This document shows positions 37,983 to 47,313 of a stretch of DNA of 64,000 nt, piece after piece; position 1 is the first letter of the stretch, and every line of letters starts with the position of its first letter. The position numbers were made by a program, and so were the translations under genes. Origin of the DNA: a virus. Taxonomy: Duplodnaviria; Caudoviricetes. The notes beneath the pieces were generated by a model. The model had not been told where the DNA came from and ran no database searches. It saw nothing but the letters and a program-made list of their open reading frames with translations. The stretch covers positions 1 to 64,000 of the IMG/VR virus record IMGVR_UViG_3300005711_000021, one strand, 5' to 3'.

Positions 37983-38324
37983 ATGGATGTTGTAGCATTA
38001 TTAGACAATTATGGATTACCTATCGCAATGATTGCAGTTTTTATTGGGTTTACTATCAAAATGTATAATGATAATAATGAACAAAATTCACGTAGAGAAG
38101 AAAAAATGTATCAACAAAATCAAGAGAGAGAAGATAAACTTTATAAAACCATTGACGATGTAAATTCAATAAACAAAGAAATAAGTGAAACGAATAAGGG
38201 GCTAACTGAAACTAATAAGAAACTTACTGAGACAAACAAAGAACTTGTACAACAATTTAAAACAGAAGTTCTTATCATAAAAAATGACATTGAAGATATA
38301 AAACATGCAGTTTTAAAAAACTAA
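37983..38324 (+). CDS. BhlA/UviB-like holin
   Basis: Single N-terminal TM segment (YGLPIAMIAVFIGFTI), RE(E/D)K(M/L)Y motifs, coiled coil ending DIEDIK. Confidence 0.7.
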   Translation: MDVVALLDNYGLPIAMIAVFIGFTIKMYNDNNEQNSRREEKMYQQNQEREDKLYKTIDDVNSINKEISETNKGLTETNKKLTETNKELVQQFKTEVLIIKNDIEDIKHAVLKN

Positions 38325-38333
38325 TAAACATAA

Positions 38334-38362
38334 TTGACAGAAAGTTTGAAATGTGTTAATGT
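38334..38362 (+). promoter_or_regulatory. sigmaA/sigma70-type promoter
   Basis: TTGACA (38334-38339), 17-nt spacer, TAATGT (38357-38362) preceded by TGn (extended -10). Confidence 0.6.
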
Positions 38363-38389
38363 AAAATAAAAAAAACATGGGGGTACAAA

Positions 38390-38602
38390 ATGACAATTCA
38401 AGAAAGACTAATTAAAGTAGAGGAAAAGTTCAATGAGCTTAGAAATACATACACAGAAAAAGAATCTAGTGTTGTACAATTACAAGCAGAACTTTCTGAT
38501 ATTGAGAAACAACTAATCTTTACAAAAGGTGCTTATCAAGCATTAGTAGAATTGTTAGAAGACCAAACAGCTGAACATGTTGAAGCTGAAGTAGTAGAAT
38601 AA
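38390..38602 (+). CDS. small coiled-coil protein
   Basis: 70-aa ORF with heptad pattern, flanked by its own promoter and terminator. Confidence 0.75.
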   Translation: MTIQERLIKVEEKFNELRNTYTEKESSVVQLQAELSDIEKQLIFTKGAYQALVELLEDQTAEHVEAEVVE

Positions 38603-38613
38603 GATACATATTT

Positions 38614-38647
38614 AAGAGCTCGCTAAATCTAGCGGGCTTTTTGTTTT
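38614..38647 (+). terminator. intrinsic terminator
   Basis: AGCTCGCTA-AATC-TAGCGGGCT then TTTTGTTTT. Confidence 0.75.
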
Positions 38648-38683
38648 ATAGTTTATTTTAAAGAGTATTATAAAGATAGCGAG

Positions 38684-41600
38684 GTGAAATCCATGAAGAA
38701 GAATAAACGTTATACATATAGCGACGAAGTTAGAAGTCGTCTTTTATTACAAAGAGACAAAGAAATTGACCAAGTCGCAAAAAATATATTAGTAAAAAAA
38801 TATGAAGATGAATTAAAAAAAGAATATCCTGATGCCAATGCAAAAGAATTAAAAAAGAAGATTGTTGATAAATATAAAAAAGAATATTATGACATACGTA
38901 GTAACATTATTGCTCCTTTGTATCATGATAAAGTTTCTGACATTATTAAGATTGGTAAAGAGTCCGTAATTATTAGTAATACCAAAAATTATAATCAAGA
39001 AACAACTTATGCAGAAAATACTAAACTTCCAGATATATATAAGAAGATAAGTATTAAATCTGATTTATTTGATGTTATGGAGAAGTATGGTACTTCGTAC
39101 AATAATACATCTAAAACACAAACAGGTTCTGCACTTATTTCAAATGTTATTGAATTTGATAAACTTAATTATTCTTATACAACTGTAAAAGCATCTCAAT
39201 CATTAGAACATGCAAATAAAGCTTATGAGTTCTTTAAAAAGTCTAAGAAATTTATGGCTTATGATTATGAAACAATGGGTGGTACAGATGAATTCGGATA
39301 TAAACGAGTAGATGCTTTAACAGAGTTTGCTTATAGTGTATTTGATAAAGAAAGTGGAAAATCCAAAACAGTTAGTACAATTGTTGGTTTAGATAAAAAA
39401 CAAGAAACACGTTTTAGAGAGCTTATTAAAAATGTAAATAGGGATGGCATTTCTTCTAATGAACAAGATGTCATCTATCGTCGTATCGGTTTGTATGGTC
39501 ATAAAAATACAAGCTTTATTAAAGATGCAGATGGAATGTATAAAGTTGAGAAGATGGCTGATCTTGAATATGGTCATAGATTCTCAGATGCAGATTTAGA
39601 AAGAGGTTTTAAACGCCTTAGAGATATTTATGAAGATCAAGCTAAGTTAGGTAAAACGACTGGTGGTCTTTATAAATGGCAAGAACGATATGCTGAAATG
39701 ATCGGTCTTATGAATAATAAAGATATGGCAGTACTAGACTACAATGGTGTTATTGCCGATAGACCTTGGCAAAATAAATTCTTAGCTACCATGGATTTAA
39801 ATGAATCTCAAAGACAAGAGTTTATGAAAATCGCTGGCATTAATGATATGTTCTTAGATACAACTAGTGAACGTTTTTATGATGTGCGTGTACATACTCG
39901 TTATGCTGCAAATAATGTAGGTTCAGAAGCTTACTATTCAACTGATGAAGCTAAAAAAAGATTAAAAGGGAACACACCATTCTCACAAGAAGGTATTACA
40001 AGAACACTCTTTGCAGAAGAATATGAAAAAGCAGGTGGTGGTGCTCATACTGCAGGATTCGATACACAACTCCTTGCAAAACTAGCAACAGATAAAAATG
40101 GTTTTGGAATGAATGGAGAAACATTTGTAGACCGTATTTATAGAGATGCAAACCTTAGTAAATCAGCTATTAATAGCTCTGTTAGAACTGGGAATTTAGA
40201 TTTGTTAATGGCAAATCAATCTGTTCAATTCTTTGGAGGCGGTAATGGTCCATTAAGTTATGTTTATGATCCAGTTAGTAAAAACTATAGAACAGCTAAT
40301 CAATATTCACTTGGAGAAACTGTATCTAAAGAATTTACTAAAGAAAATCCAATTAAACGTGGACGATTATATACATTAGATTTTGCTGGTCAAGTTAATA
40401 TGACAGATGAATGGGTAAAAAACATTGATGGTATCCATGATGAATATGCTCAGAAATCTTTATATGCTATTAAACTTAATCCATTCTTTGATGAAAAAGT
40501 AGCAGGTGCTCACCAGGGATTACGTGGTCATTCTGTAATGTTCTTTAATTCAAAAGAACAAATGGAAGCTACATTATCTAATATGACAAAGATAGGTGAA
40601 AGAGATTCTGCAACCAATCCTTTTAGATTTTTATCTGGAAAAGCAGGAGAAGAAGTAAGAGAAATGTTTACAACACATAACGTTGTAAATGGAAAAATTA
40701 TAAAAGGTGAATCTCCAGTATCTATTAATGAAATTATTACTAAAGCAACTTATGCTGATGTAAATGATACTGCTGCCAGAATGATTCGTGAAGACAGTTT
40801 CTCTAAAGCGATGAACTTCTCTCAATTCTATGATAAACTTAATGAATTTAATGAAGCTCCTGTAACAAAAAAAGAAGCAAATAATATTTTACTTCAAATC
40901 ATGCAATCTAAAGATAGAAAAATTTCTAAACGAGTTGCATCAGGTAAAGTACTAGAACTTTCATATGCTGATATTCAAGAAACATTAGGTTATTCATTAG
41001 ATAATGGAAAAACGCATAATCTGATTTCTAATACATTAAATAATCAAATGACAGCATTTGAATATATGTCTAGTCAGAATGAAGTATTCAAAGCTATTAA
41101 AAATCATTTCTATGAACAAGGTTATGATAGCGACCAATTCCAATTTAAGTTTGAAAACATCTTAAATCAATTAACAGAACAAGAGATTAATTCTATTACC
41201 AAAAATCCTCGTAAATCAAAAGAGTTCTGGAATAATGGAAAGCCAACTGAATTATTTGGAAAGGACTTAAATTATTTTAACTTTGATGTAAGAGATTTCT
41301 TTAGGGAGAGAATAGAGTCTCCTATACAAGCTTATAGCAAACCAATAATTGATGAAGATATATTAAGAATTGATTTGGGCCCAGGTAAAGAATATAACTT
41401 TGTTAATAACTTACTTCGTCGTACAAGTTATACAACTGAAATGAATGCTGCTCAAAAAAATAATGAAGGTATTACTCAACTTCGTAATTTCGTAAAGAAT
41501 GTTCAAGCAGATAAAAGCTATGGTGATTTATTTTCTCAATTCGATGATGCTAAGATTGCCTCTTATCAATCATCTGATATGTTTGCTAGTTCTATCATAC

Positions 41601-44600
41601 AAGAACTTAGAGAATATAGAAAAGCAAATCCTACTGCAGGTTATTTAGCAGAAGCTTATACTCAAGACGCAACAATTAGAAATAAAATATTAGATAGTGC
41701 TGCTAGTGATCCAAATCTTTATAAACGTATTGCAGAGATAGATGCTAATTCACCTACTTATGTTGTAGCAAAAGGTGATCAACAGCTATTACGTTCACAT
41801 GCTCAAAACATTGTAAATAATATCTTAGTAGATGATATCGATCCTTTTGATTATGCAAAAGAATATGGTTTTTCAAATAATCAAGCTAAACATATGAAGT
41901 ATTTATATAATCAAGCAAAAGAAGAATATACTGATTTCATGACAACATTCTTAGATGCTTTTACTTCAGGGAAAAATACATCATTTACTTATAATGCTAA
42001 AGATAAAACATTCGCTTTAATGAATGGTTCACAAAAAGCTTTAGATATAGACTTACCTAAATTAAAAGCTATGGATGGGACATTCTTTATAGATATGGGT
42101 TCTACTAAAGTAGCACTTCATGCAAAGATAGATGCACAGCGTGCTATTAAAAAAGGTACTTATGCAGGCAGTAAAGATGTGAATGTTATTTCTACTTTAG
42201 GAGCAGCTTTTAATGATACAACTAGTATGCTTAATTTCTACAAGGTTGCTAAAAAAGGAGATAGCAACAATGATATTTTAAGACGTACACAAAGCGTCCT
42301 TCAAAATGTCAAATCAGGTATTCTTTCAGGTTCAAGTGTTGACTTTAATGACATCTTAGATATTCAAACACCTTTTCGTGTAGACTATAAAGATATCATG
42401 GGACTTGCTCCTTTATTAAAACAAAATAAATTATTAGAAGGTAGACAATGGAGAGATCCAGAGTTTTTATCTAAATTAAGACTTGATAAAACATTTGAAA
42501 CTTCTGATGATGCTTATCGTGAATTATTCCAGAAAAACATTCCTGAGATGTTAAGAGTTATCGCTGAACAAAAAGGTGGATTCAATGATGAAACCTGGAT
42601 GGGTATGATAGCTAAGAACATGTCTTTCTTAGGAAAAGAAACACAAATAGCTGACTTTGTTGGTATGATTGATGGTATCGCTCATAGAGCTGGTATTGAA
42701 ATGTATAACAACATGCGTCCAGTTATTAACCAAACTCGTGCTGTGCTTTATCGTACAGAAGATTGGGAGAAAGCTTTAGCATCAGATGAATTTAAAGGAC
42801 GTAATGTAGGTTTAAAGCCAGTTACTTCAAGCCTCTCTTCTCAACAAATTTTAAATAGAGAGTTAACTGGTGTAGGAAGAACATCTGTTGAGTTACAAGT
42901 TGGTAAATTAAATATTTCAGAAATTCATTACCGAGGAGCTATTACTGATTACTATAACAAAAAAGGTAATTTATCTCAAAGAGACCAAACAGTATTTAAT
43001 AAATTAAAGTCTGTCAACTTAACAGAACAAGAACAAGTAGTAGACCCTAGAGTTGCTAGTAAGTTCTTTAATCGTATGCAAGAACAAAAGATTAGTTCTA
43101 GAAAACAATTAAGTTTCTATATGAATATTAATGAACAAACAATAGATGCTGTTAATGAAATAAAAAGTATGAGGCCTAGATTTGAAATTGATTCAGAAAC
43201 AGGTTTACTTCAATTTAAATATGGAAAAGGCGTTGAAAAGAAACGTCATGATAAATTATTAGACATTGAAGGTTATAATAAAAGCTATACTCAAATGTCT
43301 AAAATAACTGGTAAGTTTAATCAAGGTTATTTTTCTAAGACAGATGGCATGCTTATTAGAGAAGAAGAAATTAATAAACTTATCTCTGGCTTTAAAACAG
43401 CAGAAGAAGCAACTAAATTCTTAGATCAAACTTTTGATTCAGCTTGGTATGTAAAACCAAATGACATGGTAACTTATAAGAAAATGCTTAATGGCTTCGT
43501 TGAAAAAGGTATGGGCGATGTTCTTGCATTTGGATTAGGTGAAAGCGATGATAAAGTTAAACAATATTTATCTGCTATTAATAAAGGTTATATTGGAAGA
43601 GTTGCAACAGATGATTTTATCAATGAAGAGATACTAAGTAAGTTTGATTCTAATATTGGTAGAAAAGTTGGTATCAAATCTAAAGAAGAATTAAAAGACT
43701 TAATCTATAAAGAACGTTATGAAGCATTCGATACGTTAAGAGATATCTTTGGTAAAGAACATGATTTCTCATTATTAGCTAACCATTCACAAGGTAGCCA
43801 TAAAAATACACAACTAGGCTTTGAAGAATTAGTTGGGACAATGAAATATCATTTAACCAAAAATGGTATGACAGAAGATGATGCTATGTCTAAGGTCTTT
43901 AGTGACTTAACAGCTGCTGAACATAAGTTTATAAATATCGATGGTGTAAGTTTAAAAGATGGTGTTATTCAATTTCCTGACCATTTAAAAGGTGGACAAG
44001 ATTACTATGATAATGCAGCCTTAGAAAAGATACTTGATAAAGATGAATATAAAGCCATGAAAGATGGGTTACGAGTAAATTACAACGGAAAAGAAGTAGG
44101 TAGCTTTGTAATGACTGGTCTTTCAGAAGCAAGAGATTCACAATGGATGAGTGGTAAAACAGATCCTGAATTTATTGAAAGCATTGCTGATTTACAAGAA
44201 AAAGCAGCTCTTGCTACAGGTAAAGAAAAAGAAAAACTTGAAGCCAAAATACAAAGTTATCTTTCAGCTTTAGATTGGAATACAAAAGGACAAAAGATTA
44301 CAGATAGAGAAATTCAAATGTTAGAATTACAAAGATATGACCAAAATCTTGTAGACCTTATGCAATCTAAGTTAGATAATAATACTTTTGAATCTGTAAT
44401 GGGACATGTTTTACAAAGAGATGAAAAAGGTGCATTTGTTAAACAAGGTGATAAATATCTTATTGATGAATCTGTTCAAGGTAGAGCAATGTTATCTGAA
44501 ATGACAGATACATATCGTGAAAAGTATTTACGTGGGCAAGGTCAAACATTATTTGATATTACAGATAAAAAAATAGATGACATATTAAAAGCTAATTATT

Positions 44601-47278
44601 CTAACGAAAGCGTAAGAAGTGGTATTAAAAGCTTAGTTAGCAGTCAAGGTGAATTATCAAAAGATACTGCAGAACATTTATATTCTATGACTCGTGGTAT
44701 AAAAGCTGTTCGATTTAATGGAGCAGGTTCTTATAGTTTAGAACAAATGCAAGAAGAAGGATTTGAAATAAAGAAAGCAAATCAAATCTTTAAATCATTT
44801 GATCAAGGTAAATGGTCTTTAGAACATCCAGATAGTATATTCAATAAGAGCTTAATATTAGACTTTGGTGAAGAATTTAAATTAGATTCAGAACGCTATT
44901 TAGCACTTCCTTATGCCCCTTCAAAATTAACAGGAGATACAGTAGTTAGAGAAAACTTCCAAAAGAAATTGAATTCTGTTTTAACTTCTTTGAATAAGAT
45001 TGAAAACTTTAATAGAGGTGTTAAACAACCTAATGATACAAAAGAAAAACTTATGGCTAGTTTTAGAAAATATCGTACAGAGTTGCAACAAGAAATAGAA
45101 CTATTTTCTGCCACAGGTAAGAATGGAAATATGGGAGACTTTAGTGTCCGCTTAGACCAGTCTTTTGTAGGTAAATCTTCAGGTGTTGTTGCACTTAATC
45201 CTTTAGAGATTGAAGCTTTTAGTAAAAAAGAAGGAGCAAATGTCCATGAGCTTCTTGGTACATCTTATAGAAAAGCTTTAATTAGTTTAGGCGATGAAGA
45301 TAAAGCTCTAGAGTTTATGAACTATGAACCATTATCTCGTTCTAAGTTTATGGGTAAATCTATCCTTAATCATTATTCAGATGGTTTATATTTAAATGCT
45401 TCTTATGGTGGAGAAGACATCTTTAAAGAGATGGGAATCTTAAGTGAGAACTATCTAAAAAAATCTGGCTTTGATTCTATGGATGCTCTTAAAAAGCATT
45501 TAGAAACAGAAGGTATTATGGTTAATGCAATTCGTACACCAACTATCAAAATGGATTCTACTGCTCCTGCTATGATGTATTTAGATACTTCATTAAAAGG
45601 TAAAAGAGTTAAGACATTATTAGAACCTTCTCTTGCTAGAACAGAGGACTACGATGGGGACCAACCTATCTTCTCTATTTTTAAAAACATAAATGGTGAA
45701 GATTCATTAATAGCAATGAGAAATGGTCATGGTGATGATCTAGTATGGAAAGATATACAAGCTAACATGGTAAGTAGAGGAGTTGGTTCTCATCAATACT
45801 TCCACGATAAGACATATAAGACATTAATTGAAGATGCTCAAAAGTCATTCCAAAATGGTAGTTTCATTTCTTTAACTGGAGATACTGCATTAGATGAAAG
45901 AATATACGCTGAGTTCAACATTGCTCCTACATCAGAAGCTATTATGAAAAATTCAGAAGCTCTAGATGAATTACAAAGCATTTATAAATCAAAACATGGG
46001 GCAGCTTTTAATTTAACAAATGCTGATGATATTGGTAGAGTTTCTGATATTATTGAATCTATGGAAGGCAATACAAGAGAACGTTATTTAAAAGCAGCAG
46101 CTTTTGATCAAGCCTTTGCAAAAACAGAAACAGGTTCTATTGCAAAAGTACGTAAAACAGCTATCGGTGAAGTCAATAACCCATTAGCAAGATTAAGAAG
46201 AACTGCTGACTTAGCACTTCCTAAATTTGGACCAGATTCAGAAAAACGTATGATTCTTCAAAAAGCTTTTGAAGATATTGAGCAAGAGGTTATCTCTGCT
46301 AAAAAAGGAAGTCTTAGAGACTACTGGGATAAAACATCTACATTCAAATCTGCATTAAGTAATTTAACATCTGGAGACACTCAACGCAAAATTGCGGGCA
46401 GAAGAGAAATGACAGAATGGTTAAATTTAAACATGGCTGGAGACTTTGAAAAAAGTGCAAGTCATTTAGCAGCTATTAATTATATGCCTAATACATCTAA
46501 AGAAGATGCTTTTAATTATATTCGTGATACATTTGTAGAAACAATTGGAAGTTTTGATTCTTTAGAATTGCAAAGATTAAAACAATATGATACTCTAGGA
46601 AGTAGTATTAAATCTTATGGATTAATGAATAATGCAGGAGATTTATTAAAATATGCTCCTAATGATAAGACCACTCTTAAAAATATCGGAGTTAATGCAG
46701 CTGTTGAAGCAGGTTTACTAGATACAACTTTAATAGATACAAATCATATTCAAGGTGTAACAGCAATTAAAATGCATGGCGTTTCTCAAGATGTTTTAAA
46801 AGATGGAAATAACGAAATCAGAGAGCAAGTTACAAGTGGTCTTAAAAAAGGCATGTCAGAAATGGCACAATCCATGACAAAGGGGATGTCAGAATTAGCT
46901 GGTTCTAAATTAGGACTAGTATCTGCAGGATTAGCAGCAGCTTATATGATAACAGGTTTTATTGGTAACAATGCATCTCACCCTGCAGATATGCAAGCTG
47001 CACAACAAATGACACAACCTAGTGGCGGTGGGTTACCACAACTAAGTGATTACGGAGATTCTTATCAAAATAGTATGCCTTCTAATAGTGGATATGTTAT
47101 TAATGTTAGAGGAAATGGTTCGCCACAAACATTAGCTAGAGCACAACAAAGCATTTCTCAAACTATGGGTAATACAATTGATGCGAACATAAACGTAAGA
47201 ATGAATATTATGGAATCTAACGGTAATATAAACGATAGATATCTTGATCAATTACTTGTTAACGCTATCGGAAGATAG
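38684..47278 (+). CDS. giant protein: N-terminal DEDDh 3'-5' exonuclease plus putative single-chain two-barrel RNA polymerase (candidate virion RNAP)
   Basis: Exonuclease motifs AYDYET, DYNGVIAD and AHTAGFD; RNAP-like motifs KMLNGFVEKG, AIRTPT and EDYDGDQ. Confidence 0.65.
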   Translation: MKSMKKNKRYTYSDEVRSRLLLQRDKEIDQVAKNILVKKYEDELKKEYPDANAKELKKKIVDKYKKEYYDIRSNIIAPLYHDKVSDIIKIGKESVIISNTKNYNQETTYAENTKLPDIYKKISIKSDLFDVMEKYGTSYNNTSKTQTGSALISNVIEFDKLNYSYTTVKASQSLEHANKAYEFFKKSKKFMAYDYETMGGTDEFGYKRVDALTEFAYSVFDKESGKSKTVSTIVGLDKKQETRFRELIKNVNRDGISSNEQDVIYRRIGLYGHKNTSFIKDADGMYKVEKMADLEYGHRFSDADLERGFKRLRDIYEDQAKLGKTTGGLYKWQERYAEMIGLMNNKDMAVLDYNGVIADRPWQNKFLATMDLNESQRQEFMKIAGINDMFLDTTSERFYDVRVHTRYAANNVGSEAYYSTDEAKKRLKGNTPFSQEGITRTLFAEEYEKAGGGAHTAGFDTQLLAKLATDKNGFGMNGETFVDRIYRDANLSKSAINSSVRTGNLDLLMANQSVQFFGGGNGPLSYVYDPVSKNYRTANQYSLGETVSKEFTKENPIKRGRLYTLDFAGQVNMTDEWVKNIDGIHDEYAQKSLYAIKLNPFFDEKVAGAHQGLRGHSVMFFNSKEQMEATLSNMTKIGERDSATNPFRFLSGKAGEEVREMFTTHNVVNGKIIKGESPVSINEIITKATYADVNDTAARMIREDSFSKAMNFSQFYDKLNEFNEAPVTKKEANNILLQIMQSKDRKISKRVASGKVLELSYADIQETLGYSLDNGKTHNLISNTLNNQMTAFEYMSSQNEVFKAIKNHFYEQGYDSDQFQFKFENILNQLTEQEINSITKNPRKSKEFWNNGKPTELFGKDLNYFNFDVRDFFRERIESPIQAYSKPIIDEDILRIDLGPGKEYNFVNNLLRRTSYTTEMNAAQKNNEGITQLRNFVKNVQADKSYGDLFSQFDDAKIASYQSSDMFASSIIQELREYRKANPTAGYLAEAYTQDATIRNKILDSAASDPNLYKRIAEIDANSPTYVVAKGDQQLLRSHAQNIVNNILVDDIDPFDYAKEYGFSNNQAKHMKYLYNQAKEEYTDFMTTFLDAFTSGKNTSFTYNAKDKTFALMNGSQKALDIDLPKLKAMDGTFFIDMGSTKVALHAKIDAQRAIKKGTYAGSKDVNVISTLGAAFNDTTSMLNFYKVAKKGDSNNDILRRTQSVLQNVKSGILSGSSVDFNDILDIQTPFRVDYKDIMGLAPLLKQNKLLEGRQWRDPEFLSKLRLDKTFETSDDAYRELFQKNIPEMLRVIAEQKGGFNDETWMGMIAKNMSFLGKETQIADFVGMIDGIAHRAGIEMYNNMRPVINQTRAVLYRTEDWEKALASDEFKGRNVGLKPVTSSLSSQQILNRELTGVGRTSVELQVGKLNISEIHYRGAITDYYNKKGNLSQRDQTVFNKLKSVNLTEQEQVVDPRVASKFFNRMQEQKISSRKQLSFYMNINEQTIDAVNEIKSMRPRFEIDSETGLLQFKYGKGVEKKRHDKLLDIEGYNKSYTQMSKITGKFNQGYFSKTDGMLIREEEINKLISGFKTAEEATKFLDQTFDSAWYVKPNDMVTYKKMLNGFVEKGMGDVLAFGLGESDDKVKQYLSAINKGYIGRVATDDFINEEILSKFDSNIGRKVGIKSKEELKDLIYKERYEAFDTLRDIFGKEHDFSLLANHSQGSHKNTQLGFEELVGTMKYHLTKNGMTEDDAMSKVFSDLTAAEHKFINIDGVSLKDGVIQFPDHLKGGQDYYDNAALEKILDKDEYKAMKDGLRVNYNGKEVGSFVMTGLSEARDSQWMSGKTDPEFIESIADLQEKAALATGKEKEKLEAKIQSYLSALDWNTKGQKITDREIQMLELQRYDQNLVDLMQSKLDNNTFESVMGHVLQRDEKGAFVKQGDKYLIDESVQGRAMLSEMTDTYREKYLRGQGQTLFDITDKKIDDILKANYSNESVRSGIKSLVSSQGELSKDTAEHLYSMTRGIKAVRFNGAGSYSLEQMQEEGFEIKKANQIFKSFDQGKWSLEHPDSIFNKSLILDFGEEFKLDSERYLALPYAPSKLTGDTVVRENFQKKLNSVLTSLNKIENFNRGVKQPNDTKEKLMASFRKYRTELQQEIELFSATGKNGNMGDFSVRLDQSFVGKSSGVVALNPLEIEAFSKKEGANVHELLGTSYRKALISLGDEDKALEFMNYEPLSRSKFMGKSILNHYSDGLYLNASYGGEDIFKEMGILSENYLKKSGFDSMDALKKHLETEGIMVNAIRTPTIKMDSTAPAMMYLDTSLKGKRVKTLLEPSLARTEDYDGDQPIFSIFKNINGEDSLIAMRNGHGDDLVWKDIQANMVSRGVGSHQYFHDKTYKTLIEDAQKSFQNGSFISLTGDTALDERIYAEFNIAPTSEAIMKNSEALDELQSIYKSKHGAAFNLTNADDIGRVSDIIESMEGNTRERYLKAAAFDQAFAKTETGSIAKVRKTAIGEVNNPLARLRRTADLALPKFGPDSEKRMILQKAFEDIEQEVISAKKGSLRDYWDKTSTFKSALSNLTSGDTQRKIAGRREMTEWLNLNMAGDFEKSASHLAAINYMPNTSKEDAFNYIRDTFVETIGSFDSLELQRLKQYDTLGSSIKSYGLMNNAGDLLKYAPNDKTTLKNIGVNAAVEAGLLDTTLIDTNHIQGVTAIKMHGVSQDVLKDGNNEIREQVTSGLKKGMSEMAQSMTKGMSELAGSKLGLVSAGLAAAYMITGFIGNNASHPADMQAAQQMTQPSGGGLPQLSDYGDSYQNSMPSNSGYVINVRGNGSPQTLARAQQSISQTMGNTIDANINVRMNIMESNGNINDRYLDQLLVNAIGR

Positions 47279-47290
47279 CGTTAATTTTGA
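47259..47290 (+). terminator. hairpin overlapping the stop of the 2864-aa gene
   Basis: TTAACGCTATC-GGAA-GATAGCGTTAA followed by TTTT. Confidence 0.55.
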
Positions 47291-47313
47291 TAATAAAAAT
47301 AGGAGGATAAAAC

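Noticed and set aside
38181-38243. Three ~21-nt tandem repeats (xxETNKx) in the holin gene
   Set aside because: They are coding heptad repeats of a coiled coil, not a CRISPR or regulatory array.
2696-38680. Possible late-promoter motif GTA(A/T)TA upstream of several genes (~2698, ~26627, ~30431, ~38664)
   Set aside because: Too short and AT-rich to distinguish from background by eye; it needs motif statistics and TSS data.
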